A DNA stretch of 64,000 bases from positions 186,001-250,000 of the forward strand of contig AP026156.1 of assembly GCA_030295235.1 (NCBI GenBank). Direction: 5' to 3'. Below, piece by piece: positions 47,916 to 58,915 of this stretch. Both the position numbers and the translations under genes were made by a program. The notes under the pieces are model-generated. The model saw nothing but the letters and a program-made list of their open reading frames with translations, was not told the DNA's origin and did not search any database. The DNA comes from Fistulifera solaris (taxonomy: Eukaryota). How positions within the stretch are numbered: the first letter of the stretch is position 1; each line of letters starts with the position of its first letter.

Positions 47916-50900
47916 ATGTTCTCATCGTTGAGTACGTCGTTATCGAATCTCTACAATAATGCGACTTTCTCTATCAATCTATCACCGCAAGCCATTCTGG
48001 CCTCCTATCTGTCGGCATCACTCGCAGAGTTCTTACAAGTGGACAGCCATCTCATTGAAACGAGTCTTTTGACCGATCAGCACGTAACACTGCGTCAGAT
48101 CAAGCTCAAACCGAGGACGGTTCGAAGCAATGGTCATGCTTCGACAATCACTTTGACGGGGACCATTCAGAAAATTGAATTTCGTTGGGAGTGGAGTACA
48201 CAAAGCTATATTTCGAATGTGCGTTTGAAGGTTGAGGGAGTTCATTTACAACTTTCGAAACAGGATGCTACTACGGAAGAAGTGATAATCGAAGCCGAGG
48301 AGAATGCTAATCTTAGCTCAATACACGAAACGAATACAGAGACGGATTGGAAAGCCGTGTACATGCAACAGATCGTAGATCATCTTTCTGTCTCTGTAAC
48401 GGATGTTCAGATAACTATTGATCTTGATGACAACGCACTGATTGTGTTGGGTTCTGGCATTGATTTAACGACGAAAGAGCAGCAGAAACAGGAGTACATC
48501 GAGGATTCAACGACCTTAATGCAGCAAATGTGCCTCAAGTCATTATCGGCGTACTTTGAGCGACCAAACGGAGAACAAATTCAACTCTTGGACGCATTTG
48601 GATACTCGGCATCGGTGCATAGGGTGTCGGGTCGTCGATTTGTTGATGGAATCATGAATGGCTTAATTATTACTGGAAGTCCTGAAGAGTCTATTCAATG
48701 GTATTTTGGCTCACTGCAAGTAGAAGGTTTACTTCAACTTCAACGACTTTTGCGTATTGTCGAACCGGATATTGACATGAGCTTACCAGACGCTGCCAGT
48801 AGTGACCGTGACAAGTTCAGCATCTTTGAGCTTCCGCTGCCCTCAATGTCGATTCTTATGGACGAAAGCATCAAGTTACAATTTACACAAGGCGCTTTGC
48901 AATACCGAACTGACGGCTCAGAGTGTATCCTCCAGCTTGGGAGAATGTCGGCGGAACTGAAAGAAGAACCGTTGGCGGTTCTGAATAATCTCACCATTGA
49001 TGTGATCAATAGCAGCGTTCTTCTGATCACGCCATTGGAAGGCGACAGCGATACTATGAATGTGAAAATTTCATTAAGGAAAGACATGTTGGAGGCCTAC
49101 AATCGCGTCTACGTTATTTACAGCGAAGTACTGCAAATGAATAAGAATGAGTCGGAAGCAAGTATTAGCGACCCTGTCGATGATTCAAATAATTTTTATT
49201 GGTCGCTTGACATTCAAGGCAATACGAAGCTCGAAATGATCAGCGAGCTTGGATGGATACAGTGGACCATGGACAACCTCTCTGCAAGTGCAAAGTACGG
49301 AGCAAAGATACCATTTGACGCAAGCTGGAAGTGTGCTCACCTTTCATCATCGCATGGGATTATTGTTGATACCTCAATGATGGAGCTCATAAATGATACA
49401 TTTCATTTTGCAGGAAGCGTGGATATCATTGTAGCGTCGATGGATGCAGCTACGCAGTTTTCGGAGTTTGTGATGGATGCCTCTTCTAAATACCCAGGCG
49501 ACAAGACACAATCCACCGGTTTGTCGTGTAACATTGTTTTACCGAAGGTCAATGTTGTTGTTCTAGACTCAGACGGCGGTATGCAAATGGAGTGCGAAAA
49601 TATTGAGGTCGATGGCGATTTTTTAACAATACGCGGGCGGAGCATTCAGATCAGCACAACTGCAAACGGGTCTTCGTCAAACTATTTTTCGTGTCAAAAC
49701 GTTAATGCCACTTTCAAGCGGATAGGAGCTACAGCTACAAGTGGTCAGACCGTGAAAGTTGAAATTAGGAATATGGGTGATGTGCGGTACCTTAGTTCTG
49801 TTCATGTCCCGTCACTATTTGCCGAGGCCACAATCGATCCATCAAACATTAATTTAATTTCCGACTTAAGGCTGAATGTTGCGGAGGCGGAACTTACTGC
49901 AGATTTTAGATCGAAAGACTGGTCAAAGCAGATTGAAAGCAACGCCCAATCAGACCCCATGCTGCTACCAGATGCAAACGTATCGAAAATCAACCTCACT
50001 TTGCACTTTATTGGTGGCGGCATCACACTCGAAAACGCAAAAATTAGCTTGCCGGAGTTCCAGGGTAATGAATCTACACGATCTGACACGCTTTCATCTC
50101 ACTACGTAATGCAGGTCAAAAAACGCTTGCCATTCTTATTCACAAAAGCAAATGTAGCTGGCGTTAATGTTGGCGACTCTCTGAGTTCCGCCGTTGCTAC
50201 CATGGCAGTCCAGTCCTCACTTGTTGGAACGTTGGTTGGAGTAGTGGGAAAAGACGGGGTCGGGGCTGCGATTACAGCAGGAAAAGCGACGAGGGGTGCT
50301 ACAGAGAATGAAAGATACCATTTCGGAGACTTTTCTAAAGGTATTGCCGCTTCTGCTAAGAATGCTTCTTTATCGAGCACAGCGGCTGCGTCATCAACCT
50401 ATGCTTCTGAAAATCGAGTCCGGCTATCTTCAGCAGCTGGATCTGGAGTGGGAATGGTTGCTGGTATGGCTTTGGCTGGACCAGCAGGCTTAATTGCGGG
50501 ATCCATACTTGCAGGAAAGGCTGTCGGCAACGCAGTCGAAAGACGATTTGGCGATCCGAAGAGAATGCCAACAACGAGTGCTATTGAGCAGGAAGCAGTA
50601 GATACCTCACAAGGGCCCCTGATTCCGGCAACCAAGTCCCCTGCTACCGCTGCACCTCAACATCCAGCAAATCACTCAAATGCTCAATTATTTGACCCCC
50701 ATGGATTCGATCGAGGATCGAACACAGATACTGATGCCACAGTCGACGTGGCCAATTCTACGCTTGACAATCATTCATTGCCTTCCTCAGGCGGTGTAAG
50801 TGAAACTAATGCAATCAACACAAGTGAATCTGTTGCCGCTATCCCTGGTGAATCCTCAACTACTCAAACCAACAGTGGTGGAAATTACAAGTTTGGCAAC

Positions 50901-50999
50901 ATAACGCGTGGTATAATTGCGCGTGGTAAAGCAGCACGGGGCGCTAACAAAACCGAGGGTTACAAGTTCGGTGATTTCACACGTGGTTTCCTTGGATAA
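47916..50999 (+). CDS. ~1030-aa hypothetical protein with a Chorein_N/VPS13-like N-terminus and C-terminal YxFGD repeats
   Basis: Long uninterrupted ORF. N-terminal helix followed by a 'VTLRQIKLK..GTIQKIEFRWEW..VRLKVEGVHL' strand pattern; beta-rich body; Gly/Ala zipper near the C-terminus. Confidence 0.7.
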   Translation: MFSSLSTSLSNLYNNATFSINLSPQAILASYLSASLAEFLQVDSHLIETSLLTDQHVTLRQIKLKPRTVRSNGHASTITLTGTIQKIEFRWEWSTQSYISNVRLKVEGVHLQLSKQDATTEEVIIEAEENANLSSIHETNTETDWKAVYMQQIVDHLSVSVTDVQITIDLDDNALIVLGSGIDLTTKEQQKQEYIEDSTTLMQQMCLKSLSAYFERPNGEQIQLLDAFGYSASVHRVSGRRFVDGIMNGLIITGSPEESIQWYFGSLQVEGLLQLQRLLRIVEPDIDMSLPDAASSDRDKFSIFELPLPSMSILMDESIKLQFTQGALQYRTDGSECILQLGRMSAELKEEPLAVLNNLTIDVINSSVLLITPLEGDSDTMNVKISLRKDMLEAYNRVYVIYSEVLQMNKNESEASISDPVDDSNNFYWSLDIQGNTKLEMISELGWIQWTMDNLSASAKYGAKIPFDASWKCAHLSSSHGIIVDTSMMELINDTFHFAGSVDIIVASMDAATQFSEFVMDASSKYPGDKTQSTGLSCNIVLPKVNVVVLDSDGGMQMECENIEVDGDFLTIRGRSIQISTTANGSSSNYFSCQNVNATFKRIGATATSGQTVKVEIRNMGDVRYLSSVHVPSLFAEATIDPSNINLISDLRLNVAEAELTADFRSKDWSKQIESNAQSDPMLLPDANVSKINLTLHFIGGGITLENAKISLPEFQGNESTRSDTLSSHYVMQVKKRLPFLFTKANVAGVNVGDSLSSAVATMAVQSSLVGTLVGVVGKDGVGAAITAGKATRGATENERYHFGDFSKGIAASAKNASLSSTAAASSTYASENRVRLSSAAGSGVGMVAGMALAGPAGLIAGSILAGKAVGNAVERRFGDPKRMPTTSAIEQEAVDTSQGPLIPATKSPATAAPQHPANHSNAQLFDPHGFDRGSNTDTDATVDVANSTLDNHSLPSSGGVSETNAINTSESVAAIPGESSTTQTNSGGNYKFGNITRGIIARGKAARGANKTEGYKFGDFTRGFLG

Positions 51000-51662
51000 A
51001 CATAAATTTTGACATAAGTCTCCAACTCAGCGTGAAAAAGTGATGGGGTCTTAGAAGATTGTCTCCTACCCGCACCCTAGACTTAGCATTTGGGTCTTCT
51101 ACCAGCAGTCTCTGCGCCTATGATAATGCTATGCATACAAAGTAACTTTAAACAGTTCAGTGAATTTTCCATCGTTTCATTTTCAATTTCCACATACTAT
51201 TAATCCAATACCGATCTGGCACTTTGCCATTGGCAATCCTTCTCTTGGATTTTAACAAAGCATTCTAACCGACCAGACCAGAGAAAGGCTCCCCTCATGC
51301 AAGCTCATTGTACAAATTTCAGAGTAAGGTGTATTCCATTACCGTTGAAGTTTCTTTGCCAGTTGTCTCGATGCTGGAACAGCTTGCTGTTTACATTGTT
51401 TACACGGTACGGATATTCACAGCGAATAACGTCCGCCAGCCAATCAACGGTAAGATCTTACCATCAGTCATAGAATTCAAGAATTCTACTTGAATTTAAT
51501 CAAGTAAAAGGCTTTACCAAATGAATCTGAAAACTGATCAGCTTAGAGTGGCAGCAGGAGAACTTGTTTTTGATGCCGATTTCTCGGGGATGGAATGAAT
51601 CTGTTTTGCGCAACGCTCTCGTAACTTTTCCAATTGAGGTGAGATACTTTTCTTCAAAATGA

Positions 51663-52670
51663 CATTGCAAGTTTCGATAGTAGAAATCATTGCAGACAAT
51701 CTCAAAACACCAAATCAAATGAATACCAAACATTTACCAACAAGTTTTTTTGGTGTTATTGTGACATTACTGGGTAATGAACACTTACGACAATGAGAGA
51801 CAACAGTCGGTCGTTAATGCTCGCTATTAAGATTCGATAGCGGATGAAGTTGAATATAATGTCAAACCATAAAATCGCAAGCAACATTGAAACCAAGAAC
51901 TAAATATGCACTTCAGTTTTTGAGTTTCGGAATCGGAGTGATTGTATACGATCTAGAATCACTATATCGCACGTAGTCCGAACAATGGCATTTCAAGTTT
52001 CGATTGTGGAAATCATTTCAAACGATCTCAAACCTCCAAATCACATGAATTCCATATATTTACCACCAAGTTTCTTTAGTTTAATTGTGACATCCTTAGG
52101 TAATGAACACGAACGACAATGTGATACAACAATCGGTCGTTAATGCTCGATCTCAAGATTCGATAGTGGATAATGTTGAAAATGGTCTTAAACCAAAGAA
52201 TCGCAAGCAATATTGAAACCAAGAACTTATGTTTGTGTGAGTGTTCAATGCATCATACGCACTTCAAATTTCGAGTTTCGAAATCGAAATGATTGCATAC
52301 GATCTAAAACCATTATATAGTGTTTATGAAATCAGTTGGTAAATGATTTTAAAAATGACCCGCAGTACTTGCTTCTAAAATTTCGATAGTGGGAATTATT
52401 GCAAAGGATCTCCAGGCGCCTAATCGCATGATATCCGTACAATAGCCAGTTCTCTCAAATCAATACATCATTTGCACTCTCTTACAATTGGCCGTAAATA
52501 AACGCTATGCTATCAGGTACATGCTTATTTGTAGCTTTGTATAGCCGCTTGAGGGTAGAGATTGGGCGTCATTTTCGATATGAAGAAATGTGGAGGACAT
52601 AGTTTCGAAATCATTGGATACGATCTCAAACACCTGTATCGCATGTCAGCTGTACAATAACTAATGTTTC
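51663..52670. repeat. Diverged AT-rich tandem repeat, unit ~326-385 bp
   Basis: CAAGTTTCGAT..GAAATCATT at 51668 and 51994 with long colinear similarity; partial copies near 52377 and 52601. Confidence 0.8.
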
Positions 52671-53424
52671 ACCATTAATGTTCACTTTAGCATAAAGATG
52701 TTACGCAGTGCAATTTGGTTTTTATAGCTTAACGTAGCCAGGAAATAACATCGATTGTTTGTAATCATTTGATGCTCGCGACTAAGGGTCATAGTGTTTT
52801 AAGGAAAAAGGTTCTAACAAACTTTCAACATTTGAGCTGTACAGGGTCTAAATACACTTACTACATAAAGATCTTACGATTCACCATCTTAGGTCGCTTG
52901 ATCATATTGATCGTGTTTTTGTTACTTAATGATTTGACCAAAGCTCAAAAACAAAAATTATTGATTCCCTTACAATCAACTTCGTGGGATTTGCAGCCGA
53001 TTCGAACCCTTTATTTTACTTTCCTATTTTCGAAAAGGATTGTTCCAGCCCAATATTATTGTGGCTTCAATGGTTGCATGTATTGGAATCAAGAATAGTA
53101 TTGCAAACTTTTTTCTTCTTTTCATCCTGATGTCTGATGGCTATGAGTCTCCAATTAACCTTTATCATTATTTGGCAAGAAGCTACTTTTTTCGGGAAAC
53201 TTTGATTTCCCAATTTGCCTGTGGACATGCTTGACGCGTATTTTAATTCTATTCAAAATGTTTTTAACTGATATTTTCGACTTAAAGTATATCATTTAAT
53301 TTACTCAGTACAATGGCAAGAAAAGTGATGGCAATCTCGAACCTATTTTTAAAACATATAACATGTGGGGCTAGATTGGGGGCTCTCACTGCTTTGCTAG
53401 CGAAAGATAGCCTTCAATGCACTC

Positions 53425-54053
53425 ATAACAACCAAGTATATAATACCAGTGAACCGTTGCGATCTGCTGTGGCGGACGATTTTCTTCTCGATGCCATACG
53501 CGAGCAGGAATCCATCGGTCGGCACAACTTACTTCTTGGCCGACTTACGATCACTTGGGAGGAATACCAATATGATTATTACCTCTCTACCTCCTCGCGA
53601 CGGACGGCCAGCTCATGGATTACTCAGGTCACATTTCACCTCCTTCAAATTTCTCGCGCCATGTGGATGGCACGTAATAGCATTCTCGACGCAGTGGATT
53701 CTGCTGGTAGATCTATTGCTGAGATTCGCGTTCTACAAGAACAAATTGATAGTCACTTTGCAACCGGATCCGCGACTCTCAGACCCCACGACAAGTACTT
53801 GTTGGAAATGTATCATGAGACAGTTTCCACACTTCCCCTTCCCGATAGGAAAGCATGGATTCTTCACATGGATCACGCAAGAGCCATGTTCATCCCGTTG
53901 GCCTCTTAATTCTTCCCCTAGTGTTTCACCAGGTTTCTCCAGCTAGCTTGGAGCTAGCAAACGTATTGGACCATCTATAGGATGCCAAACGGTAGGCTTT
54001 GTAGTCGGTATAGTTGAGTAACTATATAAATCTTTGAGTTAATTAATTAATTA
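53425..54053 (+). mobile_element. Probable 5'-truncated non-LTR retrotransposon remnant
   Basis: 'EQESIGRHNLLLGRLTITWEEYQ..WITQV..L..ISRAMWMARN' resembles the C-terminus of LINE ORF2. A short 3' UTR ends in TTAATTAATTAATTA. Confidence 0.6.
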
Positions 54054-54571
54054 GAGCCACCGGCTTTTTGAACACTAGATTCTCATATGTCATCATATTT
54101 TTTCCTTTTCCCGCTAATGTGTGAAGCTTCGAAGCTCAAATAACTGAGACACGAATTGAGTGGGTCTACGCTCTCTGTCAAGGAGGCGTTAGACTTAGCC
54201 CGCCTGACGGGGCGTAGGTTAAAAGACTACATGAGCATTCGACGATTATCGGAGTTATGTAAGGACCGCCTACACTGGACGACTAGGAATTTGAATAAAA
54301 GTCATAACAAAGTGCAAATGGGGGGAACGTGGATGGCGCGCCGTACTTACGCTTGTATCGTCTCGGCCCTTGCAGCCCGTTGATCAACCAACGTCCTGTT
54401 CATTCGGGCATTGCAATATTGTTATGCTACCTGGTATTGCCGCGTATGGGTGTGCTTACGCACCTCACTCTGCTACGATTTTGTTTTTGGTTAAGCTTTT
54501 TAACGCTACATTCAACGGAGTAAAGTTCACTGATACGTGCTTCCTCTTTATAATTTTCAATGATAATCACA

Positions 54572-56211
54572 TTACACAGTGGCTTGTCCCAAACGCTTGC
54601 GCTCATCTATTTTTGACAAGGTATTATTTGTAGGAGACGCTTCTATGCCAACTTCTCCACGATTTCGAGCTGCCAATTCTTCCAAGCTCATTCCGCTGGT
54701 TTCGGGCAGCTGTGTGTAGTAATACGGCAAGGATACAAAGCCGATCATGGCATACAGGAAAAGAAACCGGATCCGCCCAGCGCTTCGTTCAGCGAAACGG
54801 CGGTAAGTGCTACCAACCCACTGGTGCTTCTATTCACAGCAGCACAAAGGGTCATACCCGTAGCTCGCTCACTCAAACCGAGCATTTCACTTGCTACCAA
54901 GAACGTAAAAGGTCCGAGGCCCAACGAAAAACTCGCCATGACAGCACAAAGCAAGAGGACGACCAAGACAGGGCTCCACGAAAAGAAGAATGCCGTGCCT
55001 AGTAAAAAAGTAGAAATGCAAAGCGAAAGAGCACTGCCCAACATTAAAGGCCGGCGTCCAATCCGATCCACAACTCTCATGGCAATCAACTCCGGAGTCA
55101 ATTTACACAGCCCGACAAAACAATTACCCAGCAAACGCTGTGTAGGTGATGCCAGGCCCGCCTGTTCCAAAAAGTCCGCACTGTAATAAAGCACTGCTTC
55201 GGTTCCGGTGACTTGTTGCCAAAAGCCCAATCCCAAGGCCAACTTCATTCCTACCGAAAGATGTGCTACATTCGAAACTATATCTCGAAAACCTGGCGTA
55301 GCTGTGGACTCATTGTCGAGCTCATCTTGAATGGAAGCAACCGTCGAAGCCGCATCTTCCGATCCCAGTTGCTCCAGTACTTGATGAGCTTCGTCCGGCT
55401 GATTTTTCATGACCAGATAGCGCGGCGATTCTGGCAAGAGCGCCAAATTATACAGCACAAGAACAGGTAACAGAATTCCCATTCCCAGCATGACGCGCCA
55501 TTTCCAATCATCCGGAATGGGTGACAACTCCACCAAGAAGCCAACAATGTATCCCATGAGAATGCCACCATTGATGGCGACGTCGAAGACGGTATTCAAA
55601 GACCCTCGTTGATCGGTGGGTGCAACTTCACTCAAAAAGACTGGCGCTACGACAAACGAAACTCCGACTCCCAACCCAGTGACAATTCTCCCCAGCAACA
55701 GAACCCAATAATCCGGAGCGAGCGCCATAAGCAGTGTCCCGGCAATAAACAACCACCCACACAATTGAATGGTAGGTTTCCGGCCTTGCCCGTTCGCGAA
55801 ATTTCCTCCCAATAGAGCCCCCGCGGCGGCTACAAAATTCAAACTTCCCATGGCGAATTCTTTTTGTACCGAACTTAAGCTCAATTGCGCTTGTAAGGGC
55901 TGAATTGCGGCGGCCATGATACCGACATCGTAGCCCAGCGTGGCGGCGGTGGCTGCCGCAATGATAACTAAGCGTGTCAAGTCTCGATTCAAGCCGCTTG
56001 TTGTATAACTCGTTGTTGTTGTAACAGTCGATTCCGTATGATAGAATTCGCGTGCTGTTTTGGTCGGTATTGCTTTATTTTCTTTGAATAAACCATCGCC
56101 GAGAGGCAATTTCTTCTCCGAAAGGGGCGGAGGAGAAGGCGAATGAGGGGTGTTTGTGGCTTCCTTGACATCTTGCCCTAATAAATTGTGTTTTTCACTT
56201 TTCGATGACAT
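54572..56211 (-). CDS. MFS sugar porter (polyol/monosaccharide transporter-like); 1-nt frameshift near 54760
   Basis: 'LGYDVG', 'GRKP', 'GRIVTGLGVG', 'SEVAP..RG', 'WRVMLG', 'PESPRYL', 'QQVTG', 'DRIGRRPL'. After the frameshift it continues to 'LPETSGMSLEE'. Confidence 0.9.
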
Positions 56212-56714
56212 GTTATCGAACGATTTGAGCTTGCTTTTTGCTAATAAATCAATTAGACAGCAGTTTGTACTGTCAGGCAAAGTAAAGAATAGACACTCTT
56301 GAAAAGAGAAACGCAAGTTGGTTTCACTTTTTGTTTCCGGAAGGTCACATTCCTCTATTATTTACTTTCTGTCGCTTTTGAGTCTCCTTGGCTTCTCTTT
56401 CTTTTCACGCGTATCTATTTATTTGCCATGGTCCACTTTGATTTCTATCGAAGAAAAGTTTCCGCGTGCTATATTTTTCTCCTCCGAACATCTTCAGTCC
56501 TGTAAAAGTAGTCACGTGTCGCACTACGCAGCTTCATCGTCTGCAAGCGACAATAAGCACACATAGTACCAGGTAACTATACTCCTTACTAGCGAAGGAA
56601 GCTTCAAGTAACTAGATGGATTTATTATCATTATCTTCTTTAAAACGCTTATCCGTTTTCACCAGCCAAGGTCCGACAGCCATGCAGAGCAATAGAGACC
56701 TGCATACACTTTTT

Positions 56715-57974
56715 TTACGGTATGACGCACTGCGAGAAATACGCAGTCTTCTTCTCGCAGACCAGTCCGGCGCAGCATGCTTTTGAATGCAATTCTGGAA
56801 GCGAGGAACGCAGGTCGTACCAACAGGAGCAGTGACCGGGGCTTTCACAGGAGAGACAACGGGAGGCTTGACAGGGGAAGGAACTGGGACTTTCACAGGG
56901 GTCGCAACGGGAGCCTTCACAGGCGCAGTGACCGGTGCCTTTACAGGAGCGGACACTTGAGGACTACCGGGGCCATCCAACACCGAAACTATTGCAAAAT
57001 ATGACAAATCTTGTTAGAGAGACGACACGTCCATCTCACACCTCTATGAATATGTATTTCATGTACTTACTTTCGGCACAATTCCAGAACTGCTCCGGTT
57101 TTCCGAGCCCGTCTTGGGAATAAGGAAGCGCGCATTGCGCCCTTTTCAAATCGCTACGGACAGGATCGTACGAAACGTTGGTGAAATACTCTTTATATCC
57201 GGGAGGGAGACAGCTGCAAAGGGACAAGAGTCGCGAAGCAACAAAGAAACGTTGAGCACAAAGGTGAAATTAAATCCCCAATTTGAAGACAGTATCTGTA
57301 CTTACGAGTTGGACGTCACGTAACGCCACTTTTGCAACAAAAGATGGTGGTGAATAGTCGTGATGAATCGAAACAATGTGTGAGAAAATCGACGAAACCC
57401 CAAAACCGGGCTTGATTCGATAAAAAATTCTCACCTGAAGAAGCACTTGGTCTCCTACCAAGTTGTCCGGCAAACGAAACTTCATGGTATAAGTTTCGTA
57501 ACGCTCAGCGAGGTATCCTCGATCTGGGTACTTCGGATCTTTGGGCATGTCGTAATCCACATCCTCCACAAACTCCAAAGGATACGAATCCAAACAAGCT
57601 TGCGTCGACTGACGACCGTTGGGGCAAGCGCGAAGCTCAACGTGTCCCCAGTGATACGCCCAAACACCCGTACTCACTGTAATGACTTGTCCGCGCTGAT
57701 ACGTGGCTTGCGGCTTCCACGGCATCGGTTTCCCGGTCGAGTCGACCCATGCATCGTAATCTTTTTCGTCAACATAACCGCACACGCCGTTGTTGCGATT
57801 CAAGCACTGCCAACAGTACTCTTTCACAGGGACACCCGACTTCTCGCCATTTGTACCTTCCTGACGAGCCACCTCGTTACGGCTGCGCGGCAAGAGGAGA
57901 CTGCCGTGCGACTCGACGCTGCTAGGCATCCAAGTCATCAGCACAAAAGCGATGGAAGTGAGAGAGCGAAACAT
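56715..57974 (-). CDS. Secreted lytic polysaccharide monooxygenase (AA10/AA15-like) with Pro-rich linker and CBM1-like Cys module; 4 exons
   Basis: The signal peptide is cleaved before His1 (VES|HGSLLLPRSRN); 'AYHWGH', 'LLQ|WRYVTSNS|C', 'EQFWNCAE'. Introns 57329-57434, 57214-57305 and 56989-57070; PVKA repeats; CCAGLVCEKKTAYFSQC after a frameshift. Confidence 0.82.
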
Positions 57975-58915
57975 GGTTGTATTCTCGTTTTTGTATATCT
58001 TGAGAGTTGCAAATTGTGAGAGTGAACCTTGTTGAACCTTTCAATGTCGGCCGGTCCTGGGAAATGAAGTTGACGCATTCGAGAGGAATTTGACATGGCA
58101 AATAAATCGCCTTCCTCTAAAGAACAGACGCTTTAACAGGGTCGGACTTTATCGGACTCCTTTGTACATAGCGTTTATTTGAAGCGGCGACAAGAATGTA
58201 GAAACCCTTTAATCCATGATACCTATAGAGGCACATTTGCCGTGATTTCCGTTGTACAGGAATCTTTAACGTATTTAGCGAGTTGTCAAACCCTTGTTGG
58301 CTTTATTCGATTCAGCGGACCAAAGAATCCATCACCCATTAGATATTTGTATCAGGCGTAATTGCGGCAAAGATAATATAAGCTCAAACAGAAAAGCAGA
58401 ACGGGCTTATGAAGACCAAATTTGCGGGCACTGATAGTGCAGTCACCAGCCGATAACATGGGATAGTCAGATTAATCCATTTGCATCAGCGATCAAAGAC
58501 AGATAAACAAACGATTCGTTTCGTCATTATGAAGCTAATAATATATATTCCCTGTCTTTGAAAGCAAGAGATGAATACGTTATGAAAAGGCAGGCGATGC
58601 ACTTGGAAAGCACCGAAGGACGGTTCAGCGATCGGTACCGGTACTCACATACTATTCCGAAAACCAGTAACACATTTCTCACAAATTTACGGGAGTCGCA
58701 CAGCCAATAAAAACCGAACTACTGAGTAACAACTATCATCAGTCACACCGGTGAAAGGCAGCTTTGGCAGTATTAGTTAACGGGCCCGCAATTGTCGTTC
58801 AAAATAGCAGACTAATCTAGTAACACTGATCATTAATATGTCATAGCTTTCCTAAAGATTAAATTTGATGACTTTTTCACATTCAACATTACAAGGAGAC
58901 GCCGATAATTAGTTT

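Noticed and set aside
58637..58648. ACCGGTACTCAC (and CCGGTACTAA near 47637) matching the shell motif
   Set aside because: Only 10-12 bp with no partner end or TSD; could be chance.
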